Of a DNA stretch of 64,000 nt, positions 50,014-63,200 are shown one piece after another. The number at the start of each line of letters is the position of its first letter. Position 1 is the stretch's first letter. Under the pieces are notes generated by a model. It worked only from the letters and a program-made list of their open reading frames with translations, did no database searches and was not told the DNA's origin. Both the position numbers and the translations under genes were made by a program. Origin of the DNA: Marsupella aquatica (taxonomy: Eukaryota; Plantae; Marchantiophyta); NCBI GenBank assembly GCA_973895155.1, contig OZ316894.1:24488709-24552708 (forward strand), in the 5' to 3' direction.

Positions 50014-53000
50014 ATGGTGGTTCTCTGCTTCGTTGTGGATATATCAACGCTGTCCAGCGCGACACTAAAGGCTATAAAAAATGTGTTTCTCTAACTGTTC
50101 ACGTCTTTTTCGGTCTCGAGTAAAGTGTTTGAGCTACACTTGGTACAAATCTTGAAAATATTTCACGGTCGCTGGCAGTTCGAAATGTGACGAGTGTCTT
50201 CATCATCGTTCTATCATAGAAATGGATGGAGTCTCTTTTTTCGTTCGTGTAAAGTGTTCATTCTATCATAGAAATGGATGGAGTCTCGTTTTCGTTCCTG
50301 TAAAGTGTTAACTCACGTTCCGAAATTCGCCCTCGCATGCCGTACAGTGTCTTTTACAGTTTGGGAACCTGTGCGCCCTCCAGCTACCAAGGCGAACAGG
50401 TGAAATTATTCCCGAAAATGAAATTGGTCTTTGCTACATCGCCATTAGTGAGTTGTCCGGAATGTATGAGGTAACTTTCAAAATTCAAGTCAAAAACTGG
50501 CGGCAACCTTACCGATCTTTGAGTAATTTGGATGAGCAGCATTTGAAACTTACCCGAGGGCCTTCCTTTTCGTAATTGCTCATGTGATGCAAAACTCGTA
50601 ATAAATATACAACTTAGCAGTAATGATGTAGGTGTGAACACCTTGGGCTTTGCTACGTCGGCACTGGTAAGTTATTTGAAACATGAAGGCGAGTTTGAGT
50701 TCTCTTCAAGACCAGCTATCGTGCCATAGACTATAAACAAATACGTGTTCGAGTTCTCTTCAAGAGCCAGCTATCGTGCCATAGACTATAAACACATATG
50801 TTTTCGAGTCTATTGAGCTGCCAAACTTTCGTGTCATTCAACGGAAACAAGCACGATATTGAGCGATTTGAGCTTTAAATTGTGAGTCATGCCAAATCTT
50901 GAAAACATGTTTGAGATTCAGCCTGTTGAGATTATCCTAGGAAAGACGATGTCCCAGAATATATAATTTTCCTGCGACTAGGATGTATCTTGCACGGACC
51001 CTCACACGATGTGTATCTCGCTCGAAGCTGACAAACACGAGTTCTACCGTAATGTTAGCAATTTTTAAAATGTCCGCTCTTGTAATCAATATGGAATTGG
51101 CAGCTGACCGTTGCTTTGAGGCCTAACGAGGCATTCGATTTGCGGCAGTTCCATCATGCCGTCAGGACGATCCCATCGTCGTTGTCTGAAAGGGCTAAAC
51201 CGAACGGGTTCGAGTTCTCCAAGCAAGGTGCGTAAGATGTCGTTAAGTGATTTGAATTCAACGACATCGTTTCATACTATTTTCTTGAAGTTCATCAACG
51301 ATTGTTTCGTCCTTTGCCCGTCCCGATAAGACAATGCTGAAACGTCAAAATGTTGCTGCTGTAGTTTCAAGCATTTCAGCGCTCCTCGAGGGTGAAGGAA
51401 GGCTTTTTTCCTGGACCTCTCAAGATGTCTTGAAGAAGGTGGTGGTGATCAGCAGTCGCTTTCTGGAGAGCGTGACATCTTTCAGGCAGTCCTTACTGGT
51501 AAGTTTACAAAGCAAACTCGCCATTTGAGTCATGAACCAATGATAACTTCAAACAAACGGAACGCACGACGTTAGGAGAGCCATCATCGTCCGAACTTTG
51601 TACATCTTATTAAGAACATGTCCCAGAATATATTAAGTTTCCATTTCTAGCGAGACTGTGCGATCGATCGTCGTTACTGTTGGCAGACTTATGGAAAGGA
51701 TTCGCTACTTAAATTAAAGTAAAAAATTATCGTTGCGCCCGCGAACTAACTCAATCAGCTGTGGGCTGAAGTCCAAACCACAAAGCATTAGAAGAAACAA
51801 GTCAGAAATATAACTTTCAAATTGGTCGCAAGGGAGGCTCAAGGGGGCCAATCCCAATCAAAACTACATTACCCATGCCATGGCTCTGACTGGCATAAGT
51901 TTTGAGGTTTTACCTGATATCTAACAGCCCACAACTATGGTTTCAAAGATAAATCGATCCAAGCAACCTCGGTCTGACGCTGCTATGCACTGCTGATGTT
52001 GTCACCGTTGAACATGAACGTGGTCGCTGGTCGCAACTGAAGGATGCAGCTGATCAGTTTGTGACCATTGAATTCGTCGAGATCGAGCAGCCGGAGCATC
52101 CTAATGGGAAAGTCGTCAACTGCAAGCCGGATCAAGCTGCCGAACCTGAAATGCAACGGATGCAGCACGAGTTCGCAACCACAGTCTCTGAGTTTGAGAA
52201 TTGCACCCTTCACAGAGTGCCTTTTGGTTCGTTAAATAATTATAAACTCCTACGAAGAATCGAATGTTGGTCAATTTCGCACTCCTCGGGTTCAAAATTT
52301 CTCTAAAATAATACTCATCAGTACACGAGACACAGGAGGCTAGTTATTTAGCTTTATTTCCACAGCATTCCAGACTCGATTCCATCACTTACTTGAAATT
52401 CAACTTCAAAGCTTGTCCAAAATTCTGAAGAGGCTTATGGGAGTCTGTGCTTGAAAACTGACCTATTTGCAGATCCTTGGAGTTTAATGCGTTTGGTGAA
52501 ACTGTGGCATCAAGACATAGTCTTTGGTAGAGATGGGCCCGTTGAAGCTGTCCTGCTATTTCCGGTGGCACTGTTTGCAGCCATTAACAAACTGTTCTGT
52601 TCATTCCAACCGGCCGTCATGCGGCTGACAGATGTGTTCAAGCCTTGCGAGGTCAGAACTTATCCTTAATAAACATGACATCAGGTCGATGAATTAACAA
52701 TCGATACCACTGAGCGCAGCACTAGCATTAAAACTACAAAGAACTGCTCGTTCACAATAATTTTTGAACTCTTTGAAACAATAGACCACCCGCCGCAGAT
52801 ATGTACTTGTCACGGGCGAGCGACGAAATCGTCATTTGGCGCACCGCCAAAGTCAAAGGAGGCACAAGCAGCGATTTGTGGAGTAACCGGTCAGAAGCTC
52901 GACGCACATGCGCTGACAGACAACGGAATCGAAGTTGGTAGTGGGATGATTTTATCAATGCCGTTTTTCAAGACAGCAGTGATACCCGCCACCGGTAGTT

Positions 53001-55407
53001 TTGGCCACAGCCACCCCATAGCTTTCGACGTCATCAAATGCGTCCCCCTCGACACACTGAGTGAAGGTGCATACCGTGGCCGTTGTGTGTCATCTGAAAC
53101 TAAGACACCTGCATTGAATTCTGATAAGTGTAGGATGTTTATTTTCCTACTTAGCTTCCTCTGAAGCTAGAATTTTCAGGAGTGGAGCTTGCCCAAGACT
53201 AACTATGTACTGTGTAGGTTTGCTCTCGATGGAGCTGGTAGTGTGAGAGAAAAAACAATTCTAGATGTGCTCGAACAATTAGGTAGCCATAGGAATCAAT
53301 TTCCATTCACAGGCCTCACCATCTCACGATATCAATTCGTTTTTACACGTTTGTTCAAGTACCTTTGCTGCATGAGCACTGAGGCTTGGCGCAGGCCTAG
53401 AGTAGCTATCTTACATCCCGAGACGATTCATTCAATTGCCTTTCGGGTTTTGAAGGTCTCTTGTTTGGAACGCCTTTCGTAGTCTCGCCTTCATCTGAAC
53501 TTGACCAGGACGTCGAGGCTGAGGCGGATAATATACAGGGCAATGAACAGAGTAAGCAAGAATCGTCCCATATTTGAATACAAGGAATTTCTGATAAGAA
53601 CGTGAAGACTTAATTTTGGGATCAAGCATTCCAAGACAGCCATTCCTGTTTAATCAGGCTTGATCTAATGGGATTATCGCAAGTTGGCGTTCCAGTCTTT
53701 GCTGCTCTTCTGCAGGATCTACTCGCAAAGGATTGTGGTCTTCTTTGCACGTCAACAAGAAACATCGAATCTGGTGAAGAAACCGCATTTTTATGCTTCT
53801 ATGTCCTTTTGCCCGGGCATAATGGCTCCTTTTCGGCAAAAGTGAGTACAAATGTCATTTGCATCGTGAATTGACATCCAGATTTCAACTTCATGATTTT
53901 ATGATTGTAGATAAACTGTACAGGCGTTACTTTGTAGTCTGGCCTGGCTTCAAAGTCCGTTTAGTCTGTGCTTTGTGTTCGGATATTGACACTAGAAGGC
54001 AAGCTGGGTTTCACCTAGAAATCAAGGACCGCGGAAAAGTGATAGATGAAGGGATGGAGATCTAGAGTGGATCACTGATAGCGTTATCGAAATAAGCCGT
54101 TAGTAGCCTGTTTCATGCCCTGACAACCATTTTTACTTTCGAGCGCCGAGGACATCTGGCTTCGTATGTAGACGCAGTTACCACTATCCTATGTTACATG
54201 TCGCAGTACCCTTAATTTTTGCCCTATGACTGTTATTCATTCATCCGTGCATTGATTCGTTATGTCTCCAGCAAAATCGACCTGGTACTTAAAGGGATCT
54301 TGATCGACAATGCATTCTTAAAAATATGTTCAAAGCTCCCTCGTTTGTGTCGTTGCAGAGACTAGCAGGGGCAGAGGAAATGATAGTGCCACCCGAGTCT
54401 GGTACAGCTCTTAATAACCTTAAAGTGGGTGATGAGATCAGATGTGCAGTCTCCTCAGGCCTGTCCAAGGTTTTGCTTCAATCTTTTCAAGCTCCAAACT
54501 AAATACTTGTCCTGACTACTGCCACATCCATTCAGAGGCCAACATCTCTTGATCCCTGACAGTTTTAAATAACGTGGTATATGAGATATCATGCCCGCAT
54601 CCTGGATCTGTAGCGCTAATGCTCAACGGGCGGTCTGGCTCGATCGCAATCTCATCTAACTGTCTAGCGTTGTGGTCGTCCAGCTAGGTACCGAAACATA
54701 TGATCCACTCAAGAACCTCCGTGGGTGCCATTTGAAACTGACCAGCCTGGTGAAAGAAAGCTTACAACCGCAGCGGTAAAAGCTTCTGTAGCTGTGGTCG
54801 ACAAGATTTCAAGATAGCCAACGTTGAGGTTTTCAATAATTATTCAGGAAATTCATTCTAGCGAACGTAATAATCCGTTTGAGCCCTTTGGAATGTTCTT
54901 AATCAACCGTCTTGATTATGACCAACGCACAGGTTGGAACAGACCGAGAAGATAGCAGTTCGCCCTCTTAACTCTGGCCGGACGCAGCTGCCGGAAGCAG
55001 AAGACCTCTTCATTCCTGACTACGGCTTCGACTCTGAGGTTAGATCATGGGAAAAGCCTCAGCTGCCGTCCAACTTCGTCATATCGGCTCCTGGTATTCC
55101 CACTCTAGCTTCAGCTCCGGGTCTGCCTCAGATGATCACACCGCTGACAGGGAAGCGAGCAAGCAATAGGCTTCAAAACTCGAACTCTTGCCGCAAAACT
55201 GCTTCCTGGACTTCGAAAGGAAGGGCTAAAGCACGCCAGGGTTTATGCTATCCACCTCTTCCCAGGCAATCCGTCATGAACCAGCAGGACCCTTATCTCT
55301 TCTCTTCGGAACCTGAGCTAATTACGGAGGTGCCCTTACTTCCATCGAAAAGATTCCCTAACTTCAAAACTGCGAGGCAGCACTTACTAGACACTACTAA
55401 TAAATAG
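50014..55407 (+). CDS. Conserved uncharacterised plant protein, multi-exon (about 11-12 exons), with similarity to animal meiosis-1-associated protein M1AP
   Basis: Spliceable exons: 50014-50082 MVVLCFVVDISTLSSATLKAIKN; 50348-50470 CLLQFGNL...IGLCYI; ~51104-51227 AFDLRQFHHAV; ~51330-51498 KVVVISS; ~52042-52226 DAADQFVTIEFVEIE; ~52473-52651 LVKLWHQDI; ~52799-53066 ICTCHG...CGVTG...LDTLSE; ~53658-53841 LQDLLAKDCGLLC...FYVLLP; ~54359-54469 RLAGAEE; ~54684-54775 TYDPL; and a low-complexity last exon ending at 55407. The gene itself is well supported, while the M1AP link rests on recalled motifs. Confidence 0.7.
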
Positions 55408-57199
55408 TTCAGGGTAGTCAGAGGGATCCAGATCTACTGTAAGTTGCATCGCCAACTCCAGTGTCCAGCTCGTAGTTTCTTGTTCCAACTTTCCAGTCAC
55501 GGAGATCAATTCTTTCCCTGCTGTCCACGCAGCACCTGAAAAATAAAAATAAAAATTCTTACCCGGCAATCTGAGGACTGCAATCTTATGCTGTCGCTCA
55601 GACAGATGTGTAAAGCGTTACGTTGTAAACCTTTGACAAAAGACTCTTTTCTGAGCTTGACAGGAGAGAGTTTCATCTCACAATGGAGGTTTTTCTTCAG
55701 TCGATTCGTTTGGGTAGGGCACCGATCACCGGGTGGTGATGTAACTCAGTTCGTAGCAAATCTCGAAAAAACGAAAGAAAGGTTTATTAAAGCACCAATG
55801 CATGAGAAATGGTTGCTTTGCTCGCACTGATGAGAGCTAGCGTAGCACAGGCGTATCGCTTCGTCTCCTATTTCTTTCTATTCCTTCCTTACAGCCATGG
55901 TAATCGATGTCCAAATCCCACATTTGCTTGGACTGCACTCTCGCTGACAGCTTTCCATAAGAGCCCATCATCTGCATCATCAGGAAAGCGTTCCCAACGA
56001 CTCCCAACGCTCGATCTATTGCCGCTCACTCTGTTTATCGAACGAGAATGAACGTCTCAGAATTATAATACAGATGGGCCCGTGCCCCGTGACTGCCTGT
56101 GACCAAATTGACAGTGAGTCCTTTGTTGCAGAGATATCGATTGGATTTATCGGGAATGAATCAACGAATTTCTCAAAGTCAAGCTTGAAGCAGAGCTATT
56201 TAGGGTCATACTTTCCATGAATACCTTGCTTCCGTCCTTTGCATGTCATTTTAGCGAGTTGCAAGTTGTTGTTTCTCGAAGGGTAGAGACACAGACGCGC
56301 ACCGCATTAGCAGGCCTGTGGCAGTTTGTGACTCCTGGAAGAGGAATTATGGAGGCTAATCGACTGCGCCAAGTGCGATGTGCCAAACACCCCGGTCCGG
56401 ACGTCATTGGAATATCAATGACAGTTGCAAAGATGCTGCAAATTTTTTTAAGCCGGAGATAACTGAACACCTTGTTCGTGGTTCGTGGTTCGAGGTAAAA
56501 CGAAACCTCTACCGTCCTCAACCAGGCAGCTAGGGGAAAAGGCACATTTAGGGTTCTGTCCTCACTTTTAAAAGTGTCTCTGATTTTTGTAACTGTCACA
56601 TAATTTGCTTGCATTTCTTCCCATTTAACTTAAGTGGGCGGATCCTTCGACAGGTTGGAGAACCTCTGAATGGCAGTTGATTGCTGCCAGCTGAGATGAA
56701 GCACATCTCGACCACTGCACCAAACATTGACCGTGCGCTGAAATTTTCACGAAGCTTTTTCACCCGTAGATGCCAATAGGTTCTTCTCAACTGAACTCCA
56801 AAAATCAATTGAATTGCAATTTATGAGACCTAAGGGACCATCACATGCACAGAGGTGGGCAATTCATTTTAAAATCATACGAGAAAACGAATGGATGGAT
56901 TGGAACCAACTCGGGGATGCATCAGGCGAGACTGACGCCATAAAAATTGAAAGGTTTGTGAGGCAGCAACTTGAGGGGGACAACCAATCGTATGAAGAAT
57001 TGAAATGAATCCTCTCGAATGCAAAATTTCAGACGTGTGACACTTTATGTAAAGTAAGGAAGAAACATCCCTTCATGGATTGAAGGGGGTGAGTCTCGGT
57101 GGGAACTGCATCGGAGAGCGAGAAGGAAACCATGAGCCGCTCTCGCAAATCAATTTGCACCTGCTACCGTCAGTAAGAAAAACCGATACCAGTGTGTGA

Positions 57200-57200
<1 letters not shown>

Positions 57201-57230
<30 letters not shown>
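57201..57230. repeat. (AGCC)n microsatellite just 5' of the putative HYDIN start
   Basis: About seven AGCC units. Confidence 0.85.
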
Positions 57231-57233
<3 letters not shown>

Positions 57234-57256
57234 CCCATTTTCAAAAGCGGGGCAAG

Positions 57257-60200
57257 ATGAGCAACGTGAATCTCGCTGCAACGCGACCCCGAGACTATGC
57301 CAAGGGCCCCGGCAAGCTGGCCCTGCATAGTCTTACAGTCAAATACAAGTCTTATGGGATTCCGCCCGATAATGAAAGAGTAAGATCAGAATCTGCCAAA
57401 AGTCAGTCTTGTTTTGAATATTCACCCTTACGCGCAGCAACTGACTTATGCTTATTGCTCTCCCCTCCCTGTAGGATCTCCGTATCTTCGTTTCCTATTA
57501 AACAGATTCCACAAACAATGCAGGCAGTTTCTTTTCTGTTTGCAGCGTTCTAAGCCAGTTCGTCACAACCGAAATTGGAATGACTTGGTCTCGTGAGATG
57601 CGCACCATTTCTTGAAATGCATGCTAGAGTGAGGAGAGGCACAAATCTCGAAACCTATTTCCCCAATGAGTTAATTTGAAATCCTAACGATTTGGGAGAT
57701 GTGCCTTCTGAAGAGCCGTCATGTCATGTGTGTCTGTGTTTCATAATCATGAAAAACGAAACTTTAAATCAAATGTTTGGAATTTCATCTCGGATCTCCT
57801 TATTCTGAAGAATTAGGGTGGACTTTAGACAATGAACTCTCGTGAATAGTACACCATCACCATTCTTATGATGTAGTAGGTTTTGGGTTATAGATCACTG
57901 TACCCTTCACATCAAAGTCCATGATAGAGTTTTCAGATGCGTCATGTCTGCAGCTGACAGTGTCATATTAAAGTCAAGGTCCCAGCTAAATTTGAGCTCT
58001 CAATTTTGTAACTACTTATCAGAGACCAAAACCGAGTACACTGGTGCGAGAGAAGCTGGACTTGCCAATACCCTACAGAGATGGGAAGACACGCCTGAGG
58101 CCACAAATTGTAGAAAGGCACAACTTCTTCAACCTTCCATACCGGGTAACGAGCTTCCCACTCGGAAATTTCAACTGAAGTGGACTATCACGCTGTGCAC
58201 ATTCAATTGTTCAGTATACTATGTGAACTAGAGAATCTCCATAAACCAAAGCTATATCACAATCCATTCTGAGCCTCTCCAAGTAAAGTTCGAGTCAGTC
58301 GTGCTCGTGTCAGTACCATCAAGCTGGCAATTTCCGTCTACTGGCCTTTCGGAATTTTAGAACGATGTTGACTTTACTCTATAGCCAGATCTTGGAATGG
58401 TCACTGATGTGTCTGTTCCTGAGCAGGTTCCTTCTTCAGTACCCGAACATGAGCCATTGTTTCAGCCCTTCCCGCCTCAAATCACCTTCACGGGATACAA
58501 AGCATTCCATAAGTACCATGCCATCCTTCAGCTACGCAATAACGATAAGGTAATCGTTTCACACTTTCTTGATCGCCGTGTACCATTGATCCTTTGCTTT
58601 GTGTGCGGACTTTCCGCCTATGTTGACAAGAATGTTAGGGTGAAGGATGAAACAGAGTTTTCAATCAAATGGTCTCATTCAGAACATTAGACAGAGAGTT
58701 ACGAGAGGCTGAATGCTGATGAAGTTGAGCGGCAACTCAAATAACGGATTCTCCACATCTAATGTGTGAACTGGATTTTGCTCTGTCCCTTGTATGATAA
58801 TCGAGAATTTAGCAAGCCTGGAGATCCTGATCATCGTGATCCCAGAATTATGCTACCAATAGGGGAAGACAGGTGAAGAGTCCATGGTAGAGACCTGTTG
58901 TTAATTATGGTGTCCCTCAGGCAAAGAGGAGATCACGTTCGTCATCTATTTCTACTGAGCTGCAGTGTTGACATACTCTCTCCACTGGGCAAAGGGAAAT
59001 CCCCCCCAATGGAAATATTCCAGCCAAATCCTCTTAGATGCGGGTGATGACTTCTGTAATCTAAATAAGAGTACTCTATGTCTAAAAAGTCAAGCTACCT
59101 AGACGTAGTGTAGGTAGTAACTAAGGTAAATTGCTGCATTCTATCAGGGTTCACATTGTTTTGATGGTTGTTTTCTGAATCCCCTCGATGACTGAACCTT
59201 TCGCTCTGTCATTTGCGGATGAACAGGTTGTGCGAAGAGTGATGGTACTCCCCCTCGTTTCTGAGATCCTCACAGTGCAACCTTACTGCCATCCAGATCT
59301 AGAGAAGCAAACAGTCTATGATGAACTTGGAACTAGTCGCGTCGCATGTGGAATGGAGGTACAACTCTTCCAAATTTCTCATCTGCCACTGGAATACTAT
59401 GAACGAACAATGAGTTAGCTTGAGTCTACAGAGCTGGTATTTGCAAAAAGGAAGCCGTTTGTACAAAATTGCAAGTGACTCGTAAAATGGTCACAAAAGC
59501 ACTATTTGAAAACCTTATGAGAGAAGGCCTTCCTGTAAATACCCCTTTTAAACCGAGTACCCCTTCATACTGAACTGCCCTGTCGGGCCTAAGTACCTGA
59601 ACTATTCTACAGATGATTTCGCTCCAATAAACAACCTCCACGTTTCTCTAACAGTTACTGTGACTGCAGTTTTCTGTGATAGTGAATTGGTGCCCAGAAG
59701 ATGATAATGATTTTCAGTCAGAAGTGGTGGTACTCACTGAACGAGAAAAGTTTATTGTACCAGTTGTTTGCCATGGTTTACGAGGTCAGCTCCGCATCAG
59801 TCAAAGATCTCTTGAACAGTTCCTGGACGTGAGCATACCAAAGATTTGCACAACAGCAGTGAACTTTTGAGAACCCTCACGTAGTGAAATATTCTGGAAA
59901 TAGTTTTAGAGAAATGGATTTTAAACAGCGCACCACGATCCCATAAACATATCCATTGTAGAAGTTGGAAATATTCCATGGGGTCTCTCTTAAATTCTTG
60001 TAGAGGTCGTGCAGGTAGTCAGAAGTTCAAGCCCGAGTTCTAGCTGACTAATTCTAGGGAAAATCTCCACTAGAATCTGGAAAGTTCGCATCAAGATTCA
60101 GTGAATTCCTCCGCTAAATTCCCAAAATGCGTTTCAAGCTCGCCAAAGCTATCATCTCAGTGCGCACTCCTTCTACTTACTACGTGGGTGGACGATCAGG

Positions 60201-63200
60201 TGGCTGATTCTTAGACAAGGATTGCTTGCAATAGGTTAACTAACTCTCGCAAGAAATACTGAAGGTCTGTGGAGACTTTGCCTGATTCCGTTTGATCAAG
60301 AATGTCGTTTTGCGCAGGCGTGCTTGACATTGCTGATGAGATTCATTTTCCACCCACTCCTGTCCATTACAGTCATAAGAAGGTACCAAGAAATCCGAAA
60401 CCAACGGCACATTCGTCTGGTTACAACCATGTCACTGTGATGTAGCTAGGACCGTGCTTTGCTGGATACACCTCTAAATAATGATGTGGAAGAATTTCAT
60501 AGATAGTCCAGCTTTCATATTCCTGACGAGTGACCCACAATGCATACAATTGGGCAAATGATAGAGAGATGTTGACTTATGCAATTTGTACTTGTGTTTT
60601 CTCCAGAATGTCATGCTGAAAAATCCAGGCACAAGGAACGTGAGTTTCCGGTTAAGAACGTTCATGGAGCTGGAGGATGGGAGGGAGGTGAGCGGAACCT
60701 TTTTCGTTGAGCCAAAAGAAGGAAACCTAGACCCTGGCCAGTTTGTGGAGCTATGCTTGGAGTTCAAGTCAACCACAGTAGGGATATATGACGCGATGCT
60801 TGAAATGCGGTACTTGAACACGAATGAATTGGTTTACAGCAGACTGAGTGGCACCGGAATTGAGGTATTTATTGTCATGCAGTGATGAGCCTCGTTACGA
60901 ATCCAAGTTCTTCTATTCCCCTGTGCAAAGCTGATGATTCTTTCTGCCCTGCAATGAACGCTCCAGCTACGGAAACAGCAGAACGCAGTCGTGACTAAAA
61001 GTTATCTTGCCACTGACCGTACACTTCAGTGAGTCCAATATATAGACGGAAACAGTTTTTCGAATGTGTCCCTCTAATGTGAGGCAAAACTGTAATTTAT
61101 CAATCCGTTTCTTGTGACCAAGCCATACACTTCGGCAGCTTCTCCATTGGCATCAGTCCACTGAGTACATCGAAATTTCCAGTTGGATGTAGGGCTCTCG
61201 ACAGATAAGCTGACAATGAAGCCGACATTTATTCGGACAAGCTCTGAGCTGAGCATCTTTTTCACCAACTACTCCACAGAAGTCGCAACATTCCAGTTTG
61301 AAAGGTACATCCTGTCATGGCTGCGTTTCGCAAAGAGTGAGGCAAGTTTAATGAGCCAACGACTGTGTTCCGTGAATCCAGCCAAAAATGTCGATAAAAT
61401 TCAGTCAAGCAGTACGCACTAAGTCCAATTTTCTCCCTCCTACTTGGTTACAATGCTACTTGTCTGCAGTTTGCAGCTTCATGCATGCCATTTTTATCTG
61501 TTGATAAATTGTTGCAGCGAGAGGTCATGCTCAATTTCTATCCTCCTTATTGGCAGCAGGCTGATCATGGTTGATCAGATATGCTACTCAAGAAGAGGAG
61601 GTTGAATATCAACAAGGGCAAAAAGTGCAAGAAGTGAAAGCCTTTGACTGGGCCAAACAGGTTGCTAATACAGACGACCCTCTTGATCACGATGAGGACA
61701 AAGATGCGTCCTCACAAGAGAAGGTATGCCGTTCTCATTGAGAAAATAAATGTCTTCTTCAATTAGTGTACTCAAAGTCAGCTCTTCAGTTTTTATTTTA
61801 TTTTGATGAACCGCATGGTTCCATGGCTGAAACTTGGAAGATTCAGCCATGGAACTGGCGCTGTCCCGTCTCGAGCATAACCTTGTTGTTTGTCCTCTCT
61901 ACTATTTCTATAGTTGTTTGGGTTTAACTTACGATAGCCTCCCTGAACACATTGTGAACCTCGTATGGAGTTCAATACAAAAATATGCTCATTGATTTCA
62001 ATGCTCAGTGGATGATAGATATTCACTCTCAATCCTGCAAGCGGGGAACTTTGGCCTGGCAATAGATTGGAGGTCATCGTGACTTTCAGCCCCCAAAGGG
62101 CCAGAAGGTAAGATAAGAAGGTGGCCTTTTAAACAAATCATATCAAACGTGTCCGAAAAGGCAAGGTCCGTTACCGGAGCACGGATCTCTTGAAGTCTAT
62201 ATGTCTGGTAGCAATTCCACCATACAACTTTAAATAAGAGCATGGTTTTGGGTTGGAAATGTCGAAACGCCTGGTATCTCATCATTACTGAGGTTCTTCT
62301 TTCCTCATTCGTGCAACGTAAGAAAGACCAACTAACCTGAACGGGAGCGTTGTTTTCCAGATACTTTACCATTGCCTACTGCACGGTCTCTGGAAAGCAA
62401 GACAGGCTCGAATTGCGGCTTGATGGAGTTGGTGTGGGGCCATTGGCACAATTCTTCCCTACTAAGGTTGATCTGAAAGACCTATCACTGTACTCTGAGT
62501 ACAATTTTGACGTAAACCTCCACAATACTGGGGGATTGGAGGTAAGTTTCACCCACTGAAATATACTGTGGAATGTCTCTCAAGTAACGAAGTCTACCTA
62601 TGTTTTGTATTTCCACCTCAGTTTGTCGAGTAGATTTGTTAGAATTAGAAAATTTGAAGTAATCATTGCATGGTTTGGTGGCTCTGCAATCTGCTTTAGA
62701 ATGTGAAGACAACACTCATGCTTTCTCAGTTTCCACCAGTGAGTTTACGCTAGGAAAGCAACGAAGCGCATGCTAACTAAACGATGAAAATCCAATTGCA
62801 GGCACTGTTTGAACTTGAGACATCCAGGTCAGCGAATCCAGGGACAATTTTTAGATTTGATCCAGAGAATGGATCAATTCCAGTGGGACAAATTTTGAAA
62901 ATTCGAGTGACTCTCTTTTGTAATGAACGTGGCAAGTTTGAAGAGCATTTTAAGTGGGTGATCAGGGATTCAGTCAATTTTGCCCCTATTCTTTTCCGGG
63001 GACTGGTTGGCAACCCTTCTGTTCTTGTTGGACCTTTAGAACTTGACTTTGGCTTGGTTTCCTATGGATTTGATTGCTTTCGGGAGTTTAGGATCACGAA
63101 CAACAGTAATGTTCCCCTACATTTCAAACTCTCCCTAGATGAGTTGGAAGTTTATATGATTTGTCCAATACATGGACCAATGAAGAGGATTAAGATTGCT

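Noticed and set aside
55600-57200. Short ORFs between the M1AP-like gene and HYDIN
   Set aside because: No recognisable domains or consistent exon chain; probably UTR and promoter sequence.
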